A stretch of 64,000 nucleotides of DNA from Duncaniella sp. (lineage in GTDB: Bacteria; Bacteroidota; Bacteroidia; Bacteroidales; Muribaculaceae), in the NCBI GenBank assembly GCA_029056055.1, contig JAIDCC010000095.1, forward strand, positions 3,747 to 67,746. The letters run 5' to 3'. Positions 49,130 to 55,954 of this stretch are shown piece by piece. A program made the position numbers and the translations under genes. The notes below the pieces were generated by a model. The model did not search any database, was not told where the DNA came from, and worked only from the letters and a program-made list of their open reading frames with translations. Every line of letters begins with the position of its first letter. Positions within the stretch are counted from its first letter, which is position 1.

Positions 49130-50170
49130 ATGCAACGTTTTCTTTCACTTTTCCTGCTTCCGCTCCTTTGTCTCACCGCCTTTGCGCAGACTTCCGACAC
49201 CGAACGTCCCGCCCTCTATTGGAGCGCGGCCTTCAACTCGGTGTTTGACAACCGTGAGGGCGACGCCACCTACGCGCAGGCACAGACTTTCTTCTTCGCC
49301 CAGCTCGCGCCCGAGGTTGGCCTCACTCTTTCCGGGGGGACACACCGCATTGCCGCCGGAGCCGTATGGACCCAGCCCGTCACCGACCATTTCCGTGATG
49401 CCACGCTCACTCCCACCCTCTACTATCGCTTCGGACGTCAAGGTCTGACATTCGCCATGGGCATGTTTGCCAAAGAGATGCTCTACCGCCCCATGCCAAA
49501 CTACATCTGGAGCGACTCGGCCAACTACGTGCAGCGCAACGTCCGCGGCGCAATGGTCTCGTCGGTTGGAAGGTGCGGTTTCTTTCAGGCCATGATTGAC
49601 TGGCGCGGAATGCAGTCTGACACCCGTCGCGAAGCTTTCAACATTGTAGCGATGGGCGAGTATCAGAAACGGACCTCGCCGTGGCTGGCGGGTGGACTTG
49701 CCATGATGAACCACCTCGCCCGCACTTCCAACGCCCCCGAAGATGAGCGCGTTGTCGACAACCTTCTCTACAATCCCTACGTCGGCGTTGATTTCCGTGG
49801 TGGAGTCGGCGCACTCGACTCGCTCGGCGTGCGTGTAGGTATTCTCGGCGCACTCTGCCGCGACCGTTTCGTCGGGTCGTGGGACTGCCCCGTCGGTCTT
49901 TGGCTTGACGCCGCCGCCTCATGGCGTTGGCTTGAACTCAAGAACACTCTCTACGCCGGGTCGTCGCCGCTCTATCCCTACTTCCGCAAGTTTGGCGCCC
50001 TCCTCGACCAAGGCGCTCCCTATTACGCCTCATCCTGGTATAACCACACCACTGTTGCCGCCCGACTCATCCGCACCCGCAACGTCTCCCTTCAGGCATC
50101 GCTTGACTTCAACTTCGCCCAATCGAACTTCAACTTCTACCAGCGCCTAATCCTCCGCGTTACAATCTGA
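49130..50170 (+). CDS. Hypothetical secreted/outer-membrane protein
   Basis: 346 aa with a signal peptide (LLCLTAFAQ) and an aromatic-rich, beta-strand-like sequence ending RLILRVTI. Family not recognised. Confidence 0.55.
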   Translation: MQRFLSLFLLPLLCLTAFAQTSDTERPALYWSAAFNSVFDNREGDATYAQAQTFFFAQLAPEVGLTLSGGTHRIAAGAVWTQPVTDHFRDATLTPTLYYRFGRQGLTFAMGMFAKEMLYRPMPNYIWSDSANYVQRNVRGAMVSSVGRCGFFQAMIDWRGMQSDTRREAFNIVAMGEYQKRTSPWLAGGLAMMNHLARTSNAPEDERVVDNLLYNPYVGVDFRGGVGALDSLGVRVGILGALCRDRFVGSWDCPVGLWLDAAASWRWLELKNTLYAGSSPLYPYFRKFGALLDQGAPYYASSWYNHTTVAARLIRTRNVSLQASLDFNFAQSNFNFYQRLILRVTI

Positions 50171-50201
50171 CACTTCTCATTTCTCAAATCTATACCAAAG
50201 A

Positions 50202-50597
50202 TGAAAGGCTGCCTAACCATAATAGGGATGCTATTCCTTTTAACGTGGTTCTATGAGATATCTCCACTATTATTTTGGGGTTGGATAGCTATTACGCTGA
50301 TATACGCAATTGGGGTATTCTCGTTTCAAAAGGAGTAAACCGAACAAAAGGCTGAAGCAGACCTTGTAAGGCAGAAAAGAATAGAAGAGAAAGCCAAAGA
50401 GAAGGAAGAGTTCGACCGTGGCTATTGGCACGGATTTCAAGATGGAATGCGGGATAGCCGCAACATCGCCATGAAAAGTCTTTACGATCGCGACGGAAAC
50501 GAGTTATACATGCAAGGCTATAAGAAAGGCTACCCCGAAGGCTTCAATTTCAACGAGAATGAAGACGACGATGACGAAGAGAATGACAAAGACTAAA
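50202..50597 (+). pseudogene. Small membrane-protein ORF interrupted by an in-frame TAA (50337-50339), followed by an open charged/acidic continuation
   Basis: ATG 50202 ... FQKE-TAA, then the same frame stays open to the TAA at 50595: TEQKAEADLVRQKRIEEKAKEKEEFDRGYWHGFQDGMRD...NENEDDDDEENDKD. Hand-translated. Confidence 0.3.
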
Positions 50598-50747
50598 CCT
50601 AAGTCTAAGCTCCGCGAAATCTTTTCTTGAACATTCCTCCTCGCCCACGCAAAACTCCCCATCAGCCCATCCCGCCGCATACATTCCCCTGAATCCCCCA
50701 AATATCCAGCCGGACGCTTCTGCCTAAAAATGGTTGTCCACTGTCCC

Positions 50748-51025
50748 AATGCGGTTCAAATAGAGGATTGACCACATCCACGGAGGGTATGTTGCGCGCT
50801 CTAATCGTCTGATTAGCAGGTAGGGACGCGCCATGGCGCGTCCACGCAGACCCACGACTACGAATTACCCCCTCTCGCCGCGCCAACGTCTCTGCGGACG
50901 CGCCATGGCGCGTCCCTACCTGCTAATCAATCGGTTATCTTGATTCGGAGGCGCTGCTATCTTTTGGGGAAGTGCCGGTAGGAATTTCTGATGTCTTCCT
51001 CAATTCTTTATTTGAACCGCATTGT
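50748..51025. repeat. 16-bp perfect inverted repeat pair (CAATGCGGTTCAAATA / TATTTGAACCGCATTG) flanking a 246-bp segment
   Basis: Arms at 50748-50763 and 51010-51025. Each arm overlaps a 15-bp direct repeat TTGTCCACTGTCCCA (50735-50749, 51023-51037). Confidence 0.85.
50812..50929. repeat. Perfect 33-bp inverted repeat (GATTAGCAGGTAGGGACGCGCCATGGCGCGTCC) with a 52-nt spacer
   Basis: Arms at 50812-50844 and 50897-50929 are exact reverse complements. Each arm ends in the 20-bp perfect palindrome GGACGCGCCATGGCGCGTCC. Confidence 0.9.
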
Positions 51026-51387
51026 CCACTGTCCCATTGTCCCACGAACCTTATGCCTGATAGTGGTTGTCCCAACTGTCCCAATCCCTTGAGTACAGTG
51101 GTGACGTGGCGACAGCCATCAATTAAGGCGACATTCGCAGTCGCTCTTTGTGTTTACGCTAAAGCGTTGGTGCTTACGGGCGCTAACGCTTCGTTTTATG
51201 TATAGAGAGTAATTATGCGACAGCATAATTACGAATATTCTCTCCCCCTCCCTCTCTCTTCTCTCTTATATCTTAGAAAGAAGAGGGAGCGGGAGCCTAT
51301 CCGTCCTGCATTTACATTGCAAAGATACGCCAAAATCAGGGCGTTGGTAGTGCGATAACGGCGAAAACGTAGTTATGCCTGGAAATG

Positions 51388-51455
51388 TTGTCCCAATTGT
51401 CCCACTGTCCCAAGGGACGCTATCGAGTGGGACAATGGGACAGCATGGGACAACT
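51388..51455. repeat. Hairpin built from TGTCCCA arrays (3 units per arm)
   Basis: GTTGTCCCAATTGTCCCACTGTCCCA ... TGGGACAATGGGACAGCATGGGACAAC forms three 6-9-bp helices separated by small internal loops. Confidence 0.8.
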
Positions 51456-51520
51456 TATGTCGGGGAGGCTGTGCTCTTGGGGGGTGGAGGAAAACTTTTG
51501 GGGGATGTCTGTACACACCA

Positions 51521-51560
51521 AAGGACCGCCTTCACTCGTAGGAGCAAGTGCGGTCCTTTT
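51521..51560. terminator. Terminator-like hairpin 30 nt beyond the L31 stop; strand ambiguous
   Basis: A 10-bp stem AAAGGACCGC / GCGGTCCTTT with a 20-nt loop. The T-run is better placed for plus-strand termination (CCTTTTATGG) than for the minus-strand L31 transcript. Confidence 0.4.
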
Positions 51561-51589
51561 ATGGTATGGTTTGCGTCGTGCGAGGACGA

Positions 51590-51844
51590 TTATTTCTTTT
51601 TGCGGTTGCCGTAGCGGCTCATGAACTTGTCAACGCGACCTGCGGTGTCGACGAGCTTCTGCTTACCGGTGAAGAAGGGGTGTGACGACGAGGTGATTTC
51701 GAGCTTCACGAGGGGATAGGTCACGCCATCTACTTCGATGGTTTCCTTAGAGGCAACGGTAGAGCGGGTGATGAAGATTTCGTCGTTAGACATATCTTTG
51801 AACACCACTTCGCGGTAGTTAGAAGGATGGAGATCTGCTTTCAT
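51590..51844 (-). CDS. rpmE: 50S ribosomal protein L31, type B (no CxxC)
   Basis: [29 protein letters not shown]...[28 protein letters not shown], 84 aa. The upstream part of the track ORF is not needed. Confidence 0.9.
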   Translation of the reverse strand: MKADLHPSNYREVVFKDMSNDEIFITRSTVASKETIEVDGVTYPLVKLEITSSSHPFFTGKQKLVDTAGRVDKFMSRYGNRKKK

Positions 51845-51949
51845 TGTGTTGAGTGTCAGGGTCTGTGGATTGTTGTTACGTTGAAATATGCGTTGGTAAG
51901 ACGCCGGGCACGCGTTTGCACACTCTGCCCGCATTTCGTAATGGCGCTG

Positions 51950-51957
51950 CAAAATTA
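51950..51957 (-). promoter_or_regulatory. -7 box (TAATTTTG on minus strand) upstream of rpmE
   Basis: Plus strand CAAAATTA, ~106 nt upstream of the ATG at 51844. Confidence 0.4.
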
Positions 51958-52051
51958 CAACTTTTTTTTTACACATCCCAATTTTTCCGACTTTTTTTCA
52001 CATTTAAAAAACTATTTACCGAAAAAAATTGGTGGGGCATCAAATTTTTGC

Positions 52052-52059
52052 TACCTTTG
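52052..52059 (+). promoter_or_regulatory. -7 promoter box TACCTTTG for pta-ackA
   Basis: Exact TAnnTTTG in the context ATTTTTGCTACCTTTGCA. It lies 143 nt upstream of the pta ATG, which implies a long leader. Confidence 0.5.
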
Positions 52060-52201
52060 CAGGGATAAGCTATGAGGGGAATTAGCGCGTCGTCATAACT
52101 GACATGGCCTTCTATCCCCTCAGCCTTGCTATGGTCTCTCTTAGAGAGAGTCAGGCCTCTTCACGTCAACTTACATAAAAATACCATACACACATCTCAA
52201 A

Positions 52202-53212
52202 ATGGGACTTTTTGAAAAACTTACAGAGCGCGCCAAAGCATCGCGCCAGCGCATCGTGCTTCCCGAAGGCACCGAACCCCGTACCCTCAAAGCCGCCGAC
52301 CGCATCATAGCCGACGAAATAGCCGACATCATCCTCATCGGTAACCGTGAGGAAATCCTCGGCATGGCCGGTGAACTCGAGCTCAAAAATATCGAGCGCG
52401 CCACCATCGTTGACCCCGCCGACGAAAAGGTAATCGACAAATACGCTCCCCTCTTCTTCGACCTGCGCAAGAGCAAAGGTATCTCGATGGAAGAGGCTCG
52501 TCTGACCACGGCCAATCCTCTCTATCTCGGCTGTCTGATGGTGAAAGCCGGCGACGCCGACGGTCAGGTGGCAGGTGCCCGCAACACTACAGGCAACGTG
52601 CTCCGCGCCGCTTTCCAGGTCATCAAGACCAAACCCGGCATCTCGGTAGTATCGGGTGCGTTCGTCATGGTGCTCCCCGCCGATTCGCCCTACGGCACCA
52701 ACGGTCTGCTGATTTTCGCCGACTGCGCCGTTGTGCCTGACCCCACTGCTGCCGAACTCGCTCAGATAGCCGTTTCGGCTGCTCAGACCGCCCGCGACGT
52801 GGCCGGTATCGAGCCCCGCGTTGCCATGCTCAGCTTCTCAACCAAGGGTTCGGCCAAGCATGACCGCGTCCAGAAGGTGATTGACGCTCTCGCCATCGCC
52901 AAGACCATGGAGCCCAGCCTCATCATCGACGGCGAGCTTCAGGCCGACGCCGCTCTCGTGCCCTCGGTGGCCAACTCGAAGGCTCCCGAATCGCCTCTGT
53001 CGGGTCGTGCCAACGTGCTTGTCTTCCCCTCGCTCGAAGTGGGCAACATCGCCTACAAGCTCGTGCAGCGTCTGGCCGGTGTCGAGGCTGTGGGTCCCGT
53101 GCTTCAGGGTCTCGCCGCTCCCGTCAACGACCTCTCGCGCGGCTGCTATCCCGAAGACATCTACAAGACCATCATCCTCACCTGCAACCAGGCCATCGGT
53201 CTTAAAAAGTAA
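52202..53212 (+). CDS. pta: Phosphate acetyltransferase
   Basis: 336 aa. [32 protein letters not shown]..., later [10 protein letters not shown] and [17 protein letters not shown]. Followed by ackA. Confidence 0.9.
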   Translation: MGLFEKLTERAKASRQRIVLPEGTEPRTLKAADRIIADEIADIILIGNREEILGMAGELELKNIERATIVDPADEKVIDKYAPLFFDLRKSKGISMEEARLTTANPLYLGCLMVKAGDADGQVAGARNTTGNVLRAAFQVIKTKPGISVVSGAFVMVLPADSPYGTNGLLIFADCAVVPDPTAAELAQIAVSAAQTARDVAGIEPRVAMLSFSTKGSAKHDRVQKVIDALAIAKTMEPSLIIDGELQADAALVPSVANSKAPESPLSGRANVLVFPSLEVGNIAYKLVQRLAGVEAVGPVLQGLAAPVNDLSRGCYPEDIYKTIILTCNQAIGLKK

Positions 53213-53234
53213 CCAACATTAAGATTCTCAAGCA

Positions 53235-54437
53235 ATGAAAATCCTCGTTCTCAACTGCGGAAGCAGCTCTGTGAAATACAAACTCATCGACACCACCGAC
53301 GACGCAGTACTCGCTGAAGGCGGTGCCGAAAAGGTAGGACTCGAAGGCGGCTTCATCAAATATAAGAAAGCCGACGGCGAAAAGGCTATCCTCGAACTTG
53401 GCAAGACCGACCACAAAGGAGCCGTAGAAGCTATCCTCGGCCTCCTCACAAGCCCCGAAGACGGTTGCATCAAGAGCTTCGACGAAATCGATGCCGTCGG
53501 CCACCGCGTGGTACACGGTGCAGAAAAGTTCTCTAAGAGCGTACTCATCACCGAGCCTGTCAAGGAGATGATACGTCAGTGCTACGACATCGCACCCCTC
53601 CACAACCCCGCCAACATGACCGGCATCGAGGCTATCGACGCCCTCATGCCGAACGTGCCTCAGGTGGCGGTGTTCGACACGGCCTTCCATCAGACCATGC
53701 CGGCCAAGGCTTTCATGTATGCCCTCCCCTACAAGTATTACGCAGAAGACGGCGTGCGTCGCTACGGCTTCCACGGCACGAGCCACCGCTACGTATCGGG
53801 ACGCGTGTGCGAATTTCTCGGCATCAAGCCCGAAGGCACCAAAATCATCACTTGCCACGTGGGCAACGGCGGTTCGATTACGGCAGTTGTCGACGGCAAG
53901 AGTGTAGACACCTCGATGGGTCTCACACCCACCGAAGGCCTGATGATGGGCACCCGTGTGGGCGACGTCGACCCCGGCGCTCTCGTCTACCTCATGCTCA
54001 AGCATCATCTATCGGCCGAAGAGCTCCAGAAGATTGTCAACAAGGAGAGCGGTCTGCTCGGCGTCTCGGGCGTTTCGAGCGACATGCGCGAAATCGACGC
54101 CGCCATCAGCGCCGGCAACGAACGCGCCGCCCTGGCTCAGGAAATGTATGAAAACCGCATCCTCAAATACATCGGCGCATACGCAGCCGAAATGGGAGGC
54201 GTCGACATCATCGTCTTCACCGGAGGCGTAGGCGAAAATCAGGCCGTCATCCGTTCGAAAGTCTGCAAGCCCCTCGGCTTCATGGGCGTCGAACTCGACG
54301 AAGCTGTCAATGCCGAAATCCACGGCAAAGAGGCCGTCATCTCCTCGGCCGCATCGAAAGTCAAGGTGGTGGTCATCCCCACCGACGAGGAGCTGATGAT
54401 TGCCCGCGACACCGAAGCCATCGCCAAAGAAAAATAA
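53235..54437 (+). CDS. ackA: Acetate kinase
   Basis: MKILVLNCGSSSVKYKL, HRVVHGAEKF, FDTAFHQTMP, YGFHGTSHRYV, VFTGGVGEN. 400 aa. Confidence 0.95.
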   Translation: MKILVLNCGSSSVKYKLIDTTDDAVLAEGGAEKVGLEGGFIKYKKADGEKAILELGKTDHKGAVEAILGLLTSPEDGCIKSFDEIDAVGHRVVHGAEKFSKSVLITEPVKEMIRQCYDIAPLHNPANMTGIEAIDALMPNVPQVAVFDTAFHQTMPAKAFMYALPYKYYAEDGVRRYGFHGTSHRYVSGRVCEFLGIKPEGTKIITCHVGNGGSITAVVDGKSVDTSMGLTPTEGLMMGTRVGDVDPGALVYLMLKHHLSAEELQKIVNKESGLLGVSGVSSDMREIDAAISAGNERAALAQEMYENRILKYIGAYAAEMGGVDIIVFTGGVGENQAVIRSKVCKPLGFMGVELDEAVNAEIHGKEAVISSAASKVKVVVIPTDEELMIARDTEAIAKEK

Positions 54438-54483
54438 TCCGTCAGCCGGGTTGAACCTTTTCGGCCCGTCAAACGTTATTTCC

Positions 54484-54521
54484 GACGGGGGATGCCATGG
54501 GCGCATCTCCCGTCACTTTTT
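54484..54521 (+). terminator. Intrinsic terminator after ackA
   Basis: A 12-bp stem GACGGGGGATGC / GCATCTCCCGTC (one G-T wobble), a 7-nt loop, then ACTTTTT. Confidence 0.7.
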
Positions 54522-54524
54522 CAA

Positions 54525-54710
54525 TAAGTAAGTGATAAAAATAAATGGACAAATAAGACGAAGTTATTTTTGAGATGATTTGTGCGCGGAACGAAGGAGT
54601 GTAGCCTGCTACACAACTGAGTGACAAACACAAAACATCCAAAAAGAACGAGTTTTATTGTTCAAGAATTTTTCCTTTACATATATCGTTTTATTTTTAG
54701 AACTTACTTA
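54525..54710. repeat. Interspersed nested-palindromic repeat, copy 5 (variant centre)
   Basis: The termini match copy 1. The central hairpin is GTGTAG-CCTG-CTACAC and the outer stem GATGATTTGTG / CACAAAACATC, both with compensatory changes relative to copies 1-4. Confidence 0.9.
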
Positions 54711-54755
54711 CATCCATCTTCCTTCCCGATTACACAATTACACATTATTATATCC

Positions 54756-55652
54756 ATGCAGAAAATCCGTGCAGCCGTCGTAGGTTACGGCAACATCGGC
54801 CGCTTCACCATCGAAGCCCTTCAGGCCGCTCCCGACTTTGAAATCGCAGGCGTAGTGCGCCGCAATGTCACTGAAATTCCCTCCGAACTGGCTTCCTACA
54901 AAGTGGTCACCGACATCAAAGAGCTCGGCCACGTCGACGTAGCTATCCTTTGCACCCCCACACGAGAAGTAGAAAAGTATGCCCTGCAATACCTCGCGAT
55001 GGGCATCAACACCGTCGACTCCTTCGACATCCATACCTCTATCGTCGCTCTTCGCCGCTCGCTTGGCGAGGCCGCACGCAAGGCAGGCCGCGTGGCCGTC
55101 ATCTCGGCCGGATGGGACCCGGGCAGCGACTCGGTGGTGCGCACCCTTCTCGAAGCAGCCGCTCCCAAGGGACTCACCTACACCAACTTCGGTCCCGGTA
55201 TGAGCATGGGCCACACCGTGTGTGTCAAGTCGAAACCGGGTGTCAAGAACGCTCTCTCGATGACCATGCCCAAAGGCGACGGAATGCACCGCCGCATGGT
55301 CTACGTCGAGCTGCTCCCCGGTGCCAAGCTTGAAGACGTAGCCGCAGCCGTCAAGGCCGACCCCTACTTCGCCTCCGACGAAACCCACGTCATGGCCGTC
55401 GAAAGCGTTGACGCTGTCAAAGACATGGGCCACGGTGTCCACATGGTGCGCAAAGGTGTCAGCGGCGCAACGCAAAACCAGCGTTTCGAGTTTAACATGT
55501 CAATCAACAACCCTGCTCTCACCGCTCAGCTCCTCGTAGGTGTAGCCCGCGCCTCGATGCGTCTGGCTCCCGGAGCATACACGATGGTGGAAATCCCCGT
55601 AATCGACCTTCTCCCCGGCGAACGCGAAGACCTCATCGCCCACCTCGTCTGA
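54756..55652 (+). CDS. ddh: meso-Diaminopimelate D-dehydrogenase
   Basis: 298 aa from MQKIRAAVVGYGNIGRFTIEALQAAPDFEIAGVVRRN, then SAGWDPGSDS and GPGMSMGHT blocks typical of Ddh. Confidence 0.8.
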   Translation: MQKIRAAVVGYGNIGRFTIEALQAAPDFEIAGVVRRNVTEIPSELASYKVVTDIKELGHVDVAILCTPTREVEKYALQYLAMGINTVDSFDIHTSIVALRRSLGEAARKAGRVAVISAGWDPGSDSVVRTLLEAAAPKGLTYTNFGPGMSMGHTVCVKSKPGVKNALSMTMPKGDGMHRRMVYVELLPGAKLEDVAAAVKADPYFASDETHVMAVESVDAVKDMGHGVHMVRKGVSGATQNQRFEFNMSINNPALTAQLLVGVARASMRLAPGAYTMVEIPVIDLLPGEREDLIAHLV

Positions 55653-55697
55653 TTGCCGGCTCTTCTCTGACAATTCACACTCAATTCACCCCATTCT

Positions 55698-55741
55698 GAT
55701 GCGGGAAACAAGTGCTCCACCCGGGCCTTGCTTCCCGCATC
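55698..55741 (+). terminator. Hairpin after ddh (no clear U-tract)
   Basis: A 15-bp stem GATGCGGGAAACAAG / CTTGCTTCCCGCATC (one mismatch) with a 14-nt loop. Confidence 0.45.
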
Positions 55742-55811
55742 GTCTTACCCTGCGGTTTCGGCTCGCTTTTCCGTCAATCGCAACGCACTGTTTCACATTA
55801 ACTTGAGTCAC

Positions 55812-55933
55812 TTCAAAACAATTTACGCAGTGCATTGCGTATTTTTACGCAGCGGGCTGAGGAAAATGTTCTATGCATCCTCAGAACAATTTCCCGAGGT
55901 GCATGACTTTCAGGAATTTTTTGTAACTTTGCA
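55812..55933 (+). repeat. Left copy of the imperfect direct repeat bracketing the ATPase/nuclease cassette (includes a promoter)
   Basis: Blocks shared with 57800-57889: TTCAAA(A)CAATTTACGCAGTG, CTGAGGAA, CAATTTC..GG, GGAATTTTT(T/C)GTAACTTTGC. Confidence 0.7.
55924..55931 (+). promoter_or_regulatory. -7 promoter box TAACTTTG for the ATPase cassette
   Basis: Exact TAnnTTTG, 24 nt upstream of the ATG at 55955. Confidence 0.6.
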
Positions 55934-55954
55934 AAGGTTATAGAAATCATAATT

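Noticed and set aside
50812-50929. The 33-bp inverted repeat as a 118-bp MITE with a target-site duplication.
   Set aside because: The flanks (…TAATCGTCT | … | AATCGGTTA…) share AATCG, but not adjacent to both ends. There is no second copy in the window to define the ends. I report it only as an inverted repeat.
50972-51205. Track ORFs with Cys-Pro-Asn-rich peptides (50972-51205, 51375-51614, 51385-51624).
   Set aside because: The peptides are products of translating the TGTCCCA arrays and hairpins. They have no codon-usage or start-site support and overlap each other in different frames.
51845-51960. A Zur-type operator upstream of the type B L31 gene.
   Set aside because: Zn-independent L31 paralogues are Zur-regulated in some phyla. 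However, I see no clear AT-rich palindrome in this leader, and in Bacteroidota the type B protein is often the sole L31.
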